A stretch of DNA of 64,000 nt, taken from NCBI GenBank assembly GCA_963847305.1, contig CAWJZI010000022.1, forward strand, positions 20,385-84,384, read 5' to 3'. The translations under genes and the position numbers were made by a program. The stretch comes from an uncultured Actinomycetes bacterium. Its GTDB lineage: Bacteria; Actinomycetota; Thermoleophilia; Gaiellales; Gaiellaceae. The first letter of the stretch is position 1. Each line of letters begins with the position of its first letter. Shown one piece after another: positions 38,038 to 48,875 of the stretch. The notes beneath the pieces were generated by a model, which was not told the DNA's origin, did no database searches, and saw nothing but the letters and a program-made list of their open reading frames with translations.

Positions 38038-39274
38038 CAGCTGCGGGCGGAACCGACCTGCCGATCACTCCGATCACGGCGATGAGCGTGATCACGTAAG
38101 GAACGGATTGCACGAGGACGTTGTACTCGTAGCCGTACCCCTGGACGCGCGTGGCGAGGCCGCCGAAGAAACCGAACAGGAGCGCGAAGGCGAAGGCGCC
38201 TCCCGGTCGCCAGTTGCCTGCGATCAGCGCGGCGAGACCGATGAACCCGCGGCCTGCGGTCATGTTCTCGGTGAACGAGTGGACGTAGCCGATCGCCAGG
38301 TACGCGCCGCCGAGCGAGGCGATCACGCCGGAGAGGATGACCGCGCCGTAGCGCGTCTTGTAGACGTCGATCCCGACGGTCTCGGCTGCGCGCGGATGCT
38401 CGCCGACCGACCGCAGGCGCAGGCCGATCGACGTCCGGAACATGACGAAGTACGCGAGGACGATCACGGCGAACAGCACCCAGATCATCAGGTTGAGATG
38501 GCCGAACGCCTGGTACCAGAAGCTCGGCCGGCCGGGGTCCTTCGGCGGAATGTGGTTCAGGAAGTGGAGGTTCACGTCCGGGATGTACGGGACGCCCGTG
38601 CCCGGCGTGCCGTTCAGCCCGTAGATCTGGATGAAGAAGTAGCCGGTGATGCCGACGGCGAGGAAGTTGATCGCCGTGCCGCCGACGATCTGGTCGGAGC
38701 GCATGTGCACCGAGAAGAACGCGTGGATCAGGCCGAGCACCGCGCCGGAGATCGCCGCGGTCAGGATCCCGAGCTCCCACGAGTTGAACTTGTCCGCGCC
38801 GAGGATCCCGAAGAAGCAGCCGGAGAGCATCATCCCCTCGAGGCCGATGTTCACCACCCCGCTCCGCTCGGAGAACATGCCGCCGATCGCGGCGAAGGCG
38901 AGCGGCGTCGCGAAGACGAACATGTTGTAGGTCAACTGGCCCCAGTCGACGACGCCGGCGCCCGAGGACGTCGTCAGCGCGCCGTCGAGGTGCGCGAGGC
39001 TCGACTGCGTCGCGCCGTAGGCGAGCAGGGCGCAGATCCCCGCGACCGCAACGCCGCCCCAACCCAGCTTGGTCTCGCCGCGGGCGGCGGCCCACGCGCC
39101 GCAGGCCGCGCCGACCGCGACCAGGATGAACGACGTCACCGGCGAGCGGAGCGTGACCGGCGGCAGGACGAGCCAGAGCCCGAGGGCAGACAGGGCGATC
39201 CCGGCCCAGCACGTCCAGCGCACGGCGGACTCGGAGCGGATCGCCTGCTGGACGGTCGGCGAGAGCGCACTCAC
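38012..39274 (-). CDS. ABC permease (nucleoside/simple-sugar, BMP-associated, second permease)
   Basis: GTG 39274 overlaps the stop of permease 1 (GTGA). 420 aa, polytopic, with GGMFSERSGVVNIGLEGMM. Confidence 0.85.
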   Translation of the reverse strand: MSALSPTVQQAIRSESAVRWTCWAGIALSALGLWLVLPPVTLRSPVTSFILVAVGAACGAWAAARGETKLGWGGVAVAGICALLAYGATQSSLAHLDGALTTSSGAGVVDWGQLTYNMFVFATPLAFAAIGGMFSERSGVVNIGLEGMMLSGCFFGILGADKFNSWELGILTAAISGAVLGLIHAFFSVHMRSDQIVGGTAINFLAVGITGYFFIQIYGLNGTPGTGVPYIPDVNLHFLNHIPPKDPGRPSFWYQAFGHLNLMIWVLFAVIVLAYFVMFRTSIGLRLRSVGEHPRAAETVGIDVYKTRYGAVILSGVIASLGGAYLAIGYVHSFTENMTAGRGFIGLAALIAGNWRPGGAFAFALLFGFFGGLATRVQGYGYEYNVLVQSVPYVITLIAVIGVIGRSVPPAAVGRPYVKQ

Positions 39275-40570
39275 GACGAGGTACCCCCTGCGGCTGCTGT
39301 TGCCGCCGCCGGGGGCGCGGCCGGCTTGCCCTTGATCTTCTTCCGGAAATTCCAGAGCCAGAGGAAGAACAGGTCGGCGCCCACGAAGAGCAGCACGAGC
39401 CCCTGGATGATCAGGGTCAGGTTGCCGGCGAGCTCGGGCTTGATCACGTCCTGGATCGCCGGGTTCCTCGTCGACGTCCCCTGGAGCAGCGCGCCGAAGA
39501 GCAGCGCGCGCGAGCGGGACGCCGATCGCCGAGTTGCGGCCGAGCAGCGCGACGGCGATGCCGATGAAGCCGATCTGGGAGACCTGGATGTCGAGCACGC
39601 CGAGGCGGAACTGCCAGCCGAGGATGTCGATCGCGCCCGCGAGCCCGGCGAACGTGCCCGAGATCGCCATCGCCAGCACGTAGCTGCGCTTCACGCTGAT
39701 CCCGCCGTAGCGCGCCGCCTCCGGGTTGAACCCGGTCGCGCGCACCTCGTAGCCGAGCGTCGTGCGGTTGAGGATGATCCAGTAGACGACCGGCGCGGCC
39801 AGGGCGATGAAGAACCCGACGTGCAGCCCCTGGAGGACCGGGTCGCCCCAGAAGACCGGCAGGTGGGCCTTCTGCACGATGTCGCTGGACACCGGGACGG
39901 ACTTGTCGACGCTGTTCTGGAGCTGGCCGCCCTGGCCGACCAGGGCCTGCGTTATCCAGATCGCTATCCAGTTCAGCATGATCGTCGAGATCACCTCGTG
40001 CACCCCGACGGTCGCTTTCAGGAAGCCGGCGATCGCCGCCCAGGCCGCCCCCGCCACGGCCGCGAGCACGATCGTGATCGCGATGTGCAGCCCCGAGTTC
40101 ATGTTCGCCCAGGAGGCGCCGACCCAGGCCGAGATGAACGCTCCGACGATGTACTGGCCCTGGCCGCCGATGTTGAACAGGCCGCACTTGAACGCGAACG
40201 AGACCGCGAAGCCGGTCAGGATCAGCCCGGTCGTCAGGATCAGCGTCTGCTGGAGGTTGAAGGCGGCCTCGTCCCGCGCGTCGCCCATCACCCACGGGAA
40301 GAGCCAGTTCAGCCCGGTGCCGTCGAAGATCCCCTTGAACGCCTTGAACGGGTTGTGGCCGGTGACGGCGACCACGATCATCGCCATCGCGAAGGCGAAG
40401 AGCGTCGTCACGAGCGGCATCACGATCCCGCCGGCGCGCTGCATCAGCGCCATCCGGGCCGCGACGCTCGGCGCGTAGTCGCCCCCGTGCACCTCCTCTG
40501 GTGTCTGGAGGAGCTCGTCCTGTTCCGCCGCGAGTTTCTCTTCTTGCGGGTCGAGCGGGCCCTCGGTCAC
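39271..40570 (-). CDS. ABC permease (BMP-associated, first permease); one frameshift (near 39505-39520)
   Basis: GLFNIGGQGQY motif. The C-terminal LLFGALLQGTSTRNPAIQDVIKPELAGNLTLIIQGLVLLFVGADLFF... lies in another frame that ends at TGA 39271. Confidence 0.85.
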
Positions 40571-42104
40571 GCCGCTGCCGTCTCCTTTCGCCGTCCGCCG
40601 GTCATCGCGATCCCGAGCTCCTCCTCGGTCACGCCCGGGTCGTACTCGCCGACGATCTCGCCCTCGAAGATGACGAGGATCCGGTCGGAGAGCGACATCA
40701 CCTCGTCGAGCTCGAGCGAGACGAGCAGGACCGCCCGGCCCGCGCCGCGCTCGGCGACGAGGCGGCGGTGGACGTACTCGATCGCACCGACGTCGAGGCC
40801 GCGGGTCGGCTGTGCGGCGATCAGCACCTTCGGGTTACGAGCGACCTCGCGCGCGACGACGACCTTCTGCTGGTTGCCGCCGGAGAGCGCGCCGGCGCGC
40901 GTCTGCGGACCACCGCCGCGGACGTCGAAGTCCTTGATCAGCCGCCCTGCCCGTTCGACCAGGCGGCTCGGGTAGAGCCAGCCGAGCTTCGAGTCCGGCT
41001 CCATGTTGTAGTCGTGCAGGGCGATGTTCTCCGCGATCGAGAACTCGAGCACGAGGCCGCGCCGCTGGCGGTCCTCGGGAATGTGCCCGATGCCGTGGTC
41101 GAGCATCTCGCGGGACGTCGAGGCACGGTCGACCTCCTTGTCCGCGACGCTGATCTTGCCCTCGGCGAACGGCGTGAGCCCGGTGAGCGCGTCGATCAGC
41201 TCGGTCTGGCCGTTGCCGTCGACGCCGGCGATGCCGACGATCTCGCCGGCTCGCACGTCGAAGGAGACGCCGCGCACCTTCTCCAGGCCCCGGTCGTCGA
41301 AGACGTGCAGGCCATCGACACGGAGCAGCGACTCGCCCGGCGTCGAGGGCGGCTTCTCCACGCGGAGCAGCACTTCCCGGCCGACCATCGCCCGGGCGAG
41401 GCTCTCCTCGGTCGCACCCTCCTTCGGGACGGTCTCGATCATCTTCCCGCGCCGCAGGACCGTGATCCGGTCCGCGACCTCGAGCACCTCGTGGAGCTTG
41501 TGGCTGATGAAGATGATCGACTTCCCCTGCGCGCGCAGCTCGTCGAGGATCGCGAACAGCTCCTTCGCCTCCTGCGGCGTCAGCACGGCGGTCGGCTCAT
41601 CGAGGACGAGGATCTCCGCGCCGCGGAAGAGGGCCTTCAGGATCTCCACCCGCTGCTGCTGCGCCACGGTGATGTCCTGAATGCGCGCGTCGGGGTCGAC
41701 GGCGAGGCCGAAGCGCTCGGACAGCTCGCGCACCTTCTTCTTCGCCTCGCGGAAATCGAGCATCACCCCGGCGTACGTGGGCTCCTCGGCGAGGACGATG
41801 TTCTCGGCGACCGTCATCACCGGGATCAGCATGAAGTGCTGGTGCACCATGCCGATGCCCGCCTCGATCGCGTCCTTCGCCGACGAGAAGGAGACCTTCT
41901 TCCCTTTCAGCAGGATGTCGCCCTCGTCCGGGTGGTAGAGCCCGTAGAGGATGTTCATCAGCGTCGACTTGCCGGCGCCGTTCTCCCCCAGCAGCGCGTG
42001 CACCTCGCCCTCGAGCAGCTCGAAATCGACGTGGTCGTTGGCGAGCACGCCGGGGAACTGCTTCGTGATCCCGCGGAGCTCGAGGACGGGAGGGTGCCGG
42101 ACAT
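40567..42104 (-). CDS. ABC transporter ATP-binding protein with two NBDs; frameshift a few codons after the start
   Basis: Walker A GENGAGKST and GVDGNGQT, with two LSGG-type signatures (ITVAQQQRV, LSGGNQQK). ATG 42104 gives MSGTLP, then the conserved VLELRGITKQF is one frame off. Confidence 0.9.
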
Positions 42105-42184
42105 GAGGCGGGATTCTCTCACGGAAAAGGAAGAGGCGGGCACGTGGCCCGCCTCTCCGCGTGTGTCGTCGAGCGATGCCGCTT

Positions 42185-43220
42185 CTAGAACTTGTTCGGC
42201 ACCTTGATCTTGCCGGTCTCGATCTGAGCTCTGCAGCTGCGCGAGCCTCGCCTTGTAGGCCGCGGGGACCTTCGGGCTGATCTTGCCGACGCGCGACGCC
42301 GCCGTTCTTGAGATCGAACACGAAGTCGTGGCCGGGCACCAGCGTGCCGGCCTGGACCGCCTGGACGAACCGGAAGACGCCGAGATCGACGCGCTTCACC
42401 GCGCTCGTCAGGATGTGCGGGCCGAGGTACGACTGGTCGACGTCGACGCCGTCGCCCCAGACACCGGCCTCCTTCGCCGCCGCCAGCGCGCCGAAGCCGC
42501 ACGGGCCGGCGACCGCGAAGACGACCTTCGCACCGGCCGCGATCTGGTTCTGCGCGACCGCCTTGCACTTGTCCTGCGCGATGAAGTCCTGCGAGTAGCC
42601 GACCAGGACCTTCGTCCCGGGGGCGCACTTCGCAGCGCCGGCCTTGTAGCCGGCGATGAACGAGTCGACCGGCGGGATCTTCACGCCGCCCGTCGCGCTG
42701 ATCGTGTTGCCGCCCGCCCGCTTCGCCATCAGCGCGGAGAGGCAGCCGACCAGGTAGCTCTGCTGCTCGGACTTGAACGTGATCCCGGTGATGTTCTTGA
42801 CGATCAGCTTGCCCGGTCTTGTCCGAGAACGGCGGGATCTCGACCGGGTAGTCCGTGATCGCGAACTGGGTGTTCGGGAACTTCTTCGCGACCGTCGCCT
42901 CCGCGTCTGCGAGCAGGAAGCCCGCCGCGATGACTGCGTCATAGCCCGAGCCGCGCGACCGACGCGAGGTTCGGGATGTAGTCGCCTGCAGAGTGCGACT
43001 CGATCGCCCGGGTCTGCACGTGCAGCTGCGCCTGGGCCATCTTCAGGCCGGTCAGCTGGTTCTGGTTGAAGCCCTTGTCGTTGAACCGGCCGACGTCGCT
43101 GACCAGGGCTGCCTTGAAGGTCACCCTGTTCGCAGCGCCGCCCATCCCGGCCAGCAGCAGTGCGACAAGCGCGATCACCGGCACGGCAAGCGCAACCGGC
43201 ATGAATCGTCTCTTACTCAC
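42185..43220 (-). CDS. BMP family (PnrA/Med-like) substrate-binding lipoprotein; four frameshifts as sequenced
   Basis: GTG 43220 with a GGAGGA Shine-Dalgarno sequence and a signal peptide. FKAALVSDVGRFNDKGFNQ / SGYDAVIAAGFLLADA... / KLIVKNITGITFKSEQQSYLVG...DVDQS... / VGKISPKVPAAYKARLAQLQ / AQIETGKIKVPNKF* are in alternating frames. Confidence 0.8.
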
Positions 43221-43500
43221 GTAATTCCTCCCTCGTGCGGGTATCCACTCGTTGTCGGAGCCGCATGATCCTACTCCGTTCGACCCCGTCCTCAAAGCGT
43301 AAGACGCGGCCCTTTGCGCTCGGTTAGCGGTCAGGCCGCGGGATTAGCGCATTTGGACCACGCCGCGGCCGCGGCGGCCGGCCAGTCGCCGGTGCGAAAT
43401 GCGTCCAGATGGCTCAACCATGCGGGCGTCTGCACCGGCGGGACCTGGTCGCGCGGCCGCGGAGGCTCGCCGAGGGCCGTCGAGGACGAGCCCGCGAGAG

Positions 43501-44571
43501 TCAAGCCGCACGCCGCTCGGCTTCCTCGACGAGCGCGTCCGCGCAGGCGCGGATTCGCGCCAGATCGTCGGGCGTCGCGCGCGCAACGCGCTCCTGGACG
43601 AGCTCCTCGCAGCGCTCCAGCACTGCCGGCCACGACTCGGGGTCCTCGCCGCGCGCCTCCAGCAGGCGCCGCAGCCAGCGGCGGCCGTACTCGGCGTGGA
43701 GGGTCTCGTCGGCCCAGTCGAACTCCATGTCGGTCTCGCTCGTCGCGTCGCCCATCTCGTGGAACGCGGCGGCGCGCTCGCGCTTCCGGCCGATGTTCTT
43801 CGTCTCGAAGTAGCCGAGCATCCCGAGGCCGTAGAGCGGGTCCTGGTGCTGCCAGGCCTCGTAGATGTAGCCCCCGAGCGGTATCGCCTCGGGCGGCAGA
43901 CCCCAGCCCTCGAGCCTCTGCTTGCCCATCAGCATGTGGCGCGTCTCGTCGTAGAGCCAGCGCGCCGCCTCCCGCGTGAACTCCCACCCGAGCTCGGGCG
44001 AGAGCTCGTCGAGGATCCGGCCGGCGGTCTCGACCGCCCAGACCTCGTTCAGGTGGCTGACCGCCGAGCGGAGCTGGAGCGCGACGCCCTCGCCGTACGG
44101 GTAGCTCGGGTCGAGGACGTCCGGCCAGTAGACCGGGGAGGCGAAGTAGCGCGCGTCGCGCGCAGGATCGTCGTCGCTCAGCTCGAGACCGGCGAGCGCC
44201 TCGCGCTGCCGCTCCTTGTCGCGCAACGCGGCCTCGACCAGGCGCCGCGAGGGCCCGTCGGCCAGCTCGTCCACGTGGTCGAGGTAATCGGCGTAGTCGT
44301 CGCGCAGCTCCGCGAGCAGCGAACGCAGGTCGTCTGCCGACTCCAGCGGCAGCTCTTCGGCCTGCTCGTCGAGGAAACGGGTCGGGTAGCGGAGCTCGAA
44401 GACGCGCTCGCGCAGGGCGTCACCGGCCAGCGCGGACTCCCACGCCGTCCGGCCGAGCTCGGCCTTCAGCTCCAGCGGCGCCGTCCGGACGATCCACCGG
44501 CCGCAGGCGAGCACGACCGCGTGCTCGCGGTAGAAGAGGCGCGTGAGCGCCTGGGCGGTGTCGAGGCGCAC
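43501..44571 (-). CDS. uncharacterised ferritin-like di-iron carboxylate protein
   Basis: Intact 356-aa ORF. Two E...ExxH units: NEVWAVE...DETRH and FETKN...DETLH. Helical throughout. Confidence 0.7.
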   Translation of the reverse strand: MRLDTAQALTRLFYREHAVVLACGRWIVRTAPLELKAELGRTAWESALAGDALRERVFELRYPTRFLDEQAEELPLESADDLRSLLAELRDDYADYLDHVDELADGPSRRLVEAALRDKERQREALAGLELSDDDPARDARYFASPVYWPDVLDPSYPYGEGVALQLRSAVSHLNEVWAVETAGRILDELSPELGWEFTREAARWLYDETRHMLMGKQRLEGWGLPPEAIPLGGYIYEAWQHQDPLYGLGMLGYFETKNIGRKRERAAAFHEMGDATSETDMEFDWADETLHAEYGRRWLRRLLEARGEDPESWPAVLERCEELVQERVARATPDDLARIRACADALVEEAERRAA

Positions 44572-44601
44572 CCGCAGCGTCGCGGGTCGGCGGCAGGTGC
44601 C

Positions 44602-45526
44602 TCACGACAGCAGGCCGTAGAGCAGCTCGAAGAACGCCTCCGTGTCGTAGTCGGTGACGACGCGGGCGTTCGGCTCGCGGCCGGTGCGGTTCTGCGTGTC
44701 GATCAGGCTCCAGCCGCGCGTCAGCTCGCCACGCGTCTCGACGTCGACGACCGCCTCCTCCGTGGCGAGCACGAGCGAGGGCTCGAGGATCGCAGCGCAC
44801 GCCATCGAGTCGGGGTGCGTGGACCCGCCGAGGTGGTTGACCTTGTCGTCGAACTCGCGTGCCAGGCGGTTGACCTGTCCGAAGAACCGCGCCAGCGGCG
44901 TGCCCAGGGCATCGACGCGGGCGAGCTGGTCGTCGTTGAACACCCCGTGCGTACGCGTCAGCGACCAGGTGAAAAGCGTCAGCGGGAACCCCGCGTTGAC
45001 GACGATCTTCGCCGCCTCGGGATCGACGAAGAAGTTGTACTCGGCGGCCGGCGTGATGTTCCCGACCCCGCCGCCCATCAGGTACAGCGCCCGCACCTTG
45101 CCGGCGATCGAGGGATCGCGCGCGACGGCGGCTGCGAGGTTCGTCAGCGGCGCCTGGCAGAGGATCGTCAGCTCGCCCGGGCTCTCGTTGATGCGGCGGA
45201 CGAGCTCGTCGACCGCGTGCTCCGCCTCGGGGCGCTGCTTCGCCTGCGGGAAATTCGGAGTCGCCCATCCCGTCGTTGCCGTGGACGTACTCGGCCCCCA
45301 CCCACTCCCCGACCAGCGGCCGCCGGCAGCCGGGATAGACCGGAACCTCGCCCGACCTGCCCGCCATCTCGACCGTGTACAGCGCGTTCTCGACCTCCTG
45401 CTCGAAGCGGACGTTCCCGCAGCAGACGGTGATCGCCTCCAGCCGCGCGCGCGGGTGGAGCAGTGCGATCAGCAGCGAGAAGACGTCGTCGCCGGCGGTG
45501 TCGGTGTCGATGATGAGGCGCGTCAT
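44602..45526 (-). CDS. nucleoside hydrolase (IUNH family), copy 1; one frameshift (near 45250-45262)
   Basis: N-terminal DTDTAGDD fingerprint. After GDSEFP the conserved QAKQRPEAEHAVDELV...LCQAPLTNLA...MGG...EYNFFVDPEAA continues in another frame. Confidence 0.85.
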
Positions 45527-46437
45527 ACAGTCTCCGCTCCGGCGCCGGCAAAGCCGGCACCTGCGCTCATCCGGTCGCCTCCGTCGAGCCTAACGCCTAC
45601 GGCTGTGACTGTAAGGCGTTCCTCGAGCTGCGCGCGGCTCGGTAGGCCGGGAATGACGCCGGGGTGCTCCACCATGTGCGCGCCGGCGGCGCAGCCCCAG
45701 CGGACGGCGTCGAGGTCGGAGGCGCCCTCGGCGAGCGCGACGGCGAAGGCGGCGCAGAACGCGTCCCCGGCCCCCGTGCTGTCGACGGCGCGCGCCGGGA
45801 AGGCCGGGACGACGTCGTCGCCGATCCGCGCGCCCTGCTCGCCCAGCGTGACGACCAGAGTCGCGGTCGAGCGCAGGATCGCCCGCGCCTCGGTCTCGTT
45901 CGGCACGACGTAGTCGGCGACCGGCGTGATCGGCTCCGTGGGCGCCGGGGCCGGGTTCAACACGGTGCGGACGCCGGCGGCGCGGCCGACCGCGAGCGCA
46001 TGCAGCGCTGTCTCGACCGGGATCTCCAGCTGGACGAGCAGGATGTCGGCGGCCTCGATCTGCGGCGAGAAGCCGTCCACGTCGGCGGGTGTGAGCGTGG
46101 CGAGCGCGCCGGGGACGATCACGATCCGGTTGTCGCCGCTCTCCTCGACGAGGATCGCCGCGGTCATCGTCGGCTCTGCCGAGCGCAGCACTGCGGACGC
46201 GTCCACGCCCTCCGCTCCCACAGCTCGTAGGCCCGGTCGCCGAAGTGTCCTCCCCCACCGCCGTGAGGAACGAGACCTCGGCCCCGAGCCGCGCGGCTCC
46301 GACCGCCTGGTTCGATCCCTTGCCGCCGTCGTCGGTGCGAAAGAGCGTCCCGATCACGGTCTCCCCGCGCTCGGGCGCGCGCGGCAGCCGAACGTCAACC
46401 CGACGCCGTAGCTGCCGACCACCGCCACCCGTGGCAC
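45523..46437 (-). CDS. ribokinase/PfkB family sugar kinase, copy 1; three frameshifts
   Basis: [13 protein letters not shown] / [13 protein letters not shown]...[15 protein letters not shown] / FGDRAYELW / EGVDASAV...[13 protein letters not shown]. The ATGA overlaps the hydrolase start. Confidence 0.8.
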
Positions 46438-46443
46438 GCGCTG

Positions 46444-46449
46444 AGTCTA
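46444..46449 (-). promoter_or_regulatory. candidate -10 hexamer TAGACT, 6 nt upstream of the ribokinase GTG (leaderless-type)
   Basis: On the minus strand: aTAGACTcagcgcGTG. No Shine-Dalgarno sequence. Confidence 0.3.
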
Positions 46450-46575
46450 TTCCCACGCCGATTGAGCGACCGCGGTTCACACCACGCGATCACCGACATC
46501 GCCGGTGCGTGGGTGATGCGCGAGCGCTGCGGAATCGGCAACGGCGAGCCGGGGATGCGCGAGGACCGCGTCGTT

Positions 46576-48775
46576 CTAGCTGCCGGTTTGTGCGAGGTCG
46601 CCCTCGCCGACGAGCACCCGGCGCGGCTTCGAGCCCTCGTACGGCGAGATGATCCCGCGCCGCTCGAGCATGTCGATCAGGCGGCCGGCGCGCGTGTAGC
46701 CGACGCGCAGGCGGCGCTGGAGCAGCGACACCGACGCGGTCTGCGCCTGGACGACGATCTCGATCGCCTTCTCCAGCAGCGGATCCTCGTCCGGATCGAA
46801 ATCGCCGTCGAAATCGTCGTCGTCGCCCGCCCCACCCTCCGGCTCCGGGGCCTCGAGCATCGACTCGTCGAGCTCCTGCTCGCGCTGCGCGCGGCACTGC
46901 TCGACGAGCAGCGCGACCTCCTCCTCGCTGACGTAGGCGCCCTGCAGCCGCTGGAGCCGTGAGGTCCCGAGCGGCTTGAACAGCATGTCGCCCTGCCCGA
47001 GCAGGCTCTCGGCACCCGACTGGTCGAGGATCACGCGCGAGTCGGTCTGGCTGGAGACCGCGAAGGCGATCCGGGACGGGACGTTGGCCTTGATCATCCC
47101 GGTGATCACGTCCACCGACGGGCGCTGCGTCGCGAGCACGAGGTGGATCCCGACCGCGCGCGACTTCTGGGCGAGCCGGATGATCGCGTCCTCCACGTCC
47201 TGGGGCGAGATCATCATCAGGTCGGCGAGCTCGTCGATCACGACGAGCAGGTACGGCAGCGGCTTCTCGCCGCGGCTGCGCAGCGCCCGGTTCATCTCCG
47301 GCAGGCCGCGCGCGCGGATCTGGCTCATCCGCTCGTAGCGGCGCTCCATCTCGCCGACGACGTTCAGCAGCGCCGCCGCGGCGGTCTTCGGCGACGAGAC
47401 GACCGGCGTCAGCAGATGCGGAATCGACTCGTAGAAGTTGAGCTCGATCCGCTTCGGGTCGATCAGGATCATCCGCACGTCGTCGGGGGTCGCGCGCAGC
47501 AGGATCGAGCTGAGGATCGTGTTGATGCAGCCGGACTTGCCCGAGCCGGTCGTGCCGGCGATCAGCAGGTGCGGCATGCGCGCGAGGTCGGTCCAGACGG
47601 CGTTCCCGGAGATGTCCTTGCCGAGCCAGACCGAGAGCGGGCTCGCCGTCGCCGGCAGGTCGTCGAAGATGTCGCCGAGCGTGACGATGTTCGGCGAGTG
47701 GTTCGGCACCTCGACGCCGACGGCCGACTTGCCCGGGATCGGCGCGAGGATGCGGATCTCGGTCGTCGCGAGCGCGTACGAGAGGTCGTCCTTCAGCCCC
47801 GCGACCTTGGAGACCTTGGTGCCGGGCGCGAGCTGGAGCTCGTAGCGGGTCACGCGCGGGCCGGCGATCTCGCCCACCACGGTCGCGTCCACGCCGAAGT
47901 TCGCCGAGCGCCGCGACCAGCGTCTCGGCGATGTGCGCGGTGCGCTCGGCGCTGTCGCCGGAGACGCCCTTCGACCGGCGCAGGACACCCGCGTCGGGGA
48001 GCGAGTAGACGCCGGCGTCCTCGTCTCCCTCGACGACGTCGAACAGGCTCTGCTGCTCGACATACCGGGCTCGGGCTCCTGCGGTTCCTCGTCGAAGACG
48101 AGCAGCGGCGGAGGCGAGACCACGTCCGGGAACTCCTCGACCCCGTCGATCGGCGGCGCGACCGGCAGCGGAACGACGCTGTCGGCCTCGACCGGCAGCG
48201 GCGGCGGCGCCACGGCCGCGGCACGGCGAGTGGGCCGCGCGCGCGCTGCACGGCGCATCGCGTGGCCGGAGCGGCGCAGGATCGCGCCGGCGGACGCGCC
48301 GCTGACGAGCAGCACTCCCGCGATCAGGACGAAGGCGCCGAGCAGCCGCGTCCCGGTCGTCCCGATCAGCCTGCCGAAGAGCGATTCCAGTCCCTCGCCC
48401 AGGTATCCGCCGTGTGCGGCCCCGAGGACGAGCGCGAGCGCGAAGGCGATCAGGATCAGCCCCGTCCGGAACGGCCCGAAGCGCGGCAGGTCGCTGCGCG
48501 CGACCATCAGCCCCCCGAGCGGCGATGCACGCGATCGGCAATGTGTACGCGGTGCCGCCGACGAGGGAGACGAGGCCGTCGCCGATCGCCTTGCCGACGT
48601 AGCCGCCGTTCCAGCCGACGTAGAGGACGGCGAACATGAAGAGGCCGAAGAGGAGCAGGCCGAGGCCGATCAGCTCGGGATGATGATGCGACCGGATCTT
48701 CCGCCGCGTCGTCTTCTTCCGGACACGGGACGGCGTCTTCGGGCGTACCTTGCTGGGACGCTTCTTGCGCGTCAT
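46576..48775 (-). CDS. ftsK: DNA translocase FtsK; three frameshifts as sequenced
   Basis: N-terminal TM domain, motor domain (GTTGSGKSGCIN, VVIDELADL) and gamma domain (ASVSLLQRRLRVGYTRAGRLIDMLE). Frame breaks are near the 48511-48525 C6 run, 48060-48072 and 47897-47903. Confidence 0.9.
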
Positions 48776-48875
48776 GCGCGCGACTTCGACGCGCGGCCGC
48801 GCTCTTCCGTCCGGCGCCGGCGCCGGCACCTCCGCTTCGCGCGCGTCGCGGCGCTCGCGAGCCGGCACCCCCGCT

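Noticed and set aside
38012-40570. Single 852-aa permease
   Set aside because: It is a read-through of two separate permease genes. The first ends in another frame at TGA 39271, overlapping the GTG 39274 start of the second. The linking ~90 residues (PLARAALRRAAPGDVDEEPGD...) are out-of-frame translation.
37790-40975. 1061-aa plus-strand ORF
   Set aside because: It is antisense to the two ABC permease genes. Its composition is Arg/Asp/Glu/Pro-rich, which marks it as a GC artefact.
40567-42942. 791-aa SBP-ATPase fusion protein
   Set aside because: The N-terminal third is a middle fragment of the BMP lipoprotein gene read through its frame breaks into the ATPase gene. The true SBP C-terminus (…AQIETGKIKVPNKF*) and an ATPase ATG with MSGTLP exist in other frames.
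43221-43500. Possible riboswitch or ncRNA in the 280-nt GC-rich leader of the BMP nucleoside transporter operon
   Set aside because: I could not match it to any riboswitch class I know (purine, 2'-dG, preQ1 or ZTP-type cores are absent). No convincing conserved stem architecture is visible by eye. It needs a covariance-model scan before any call.
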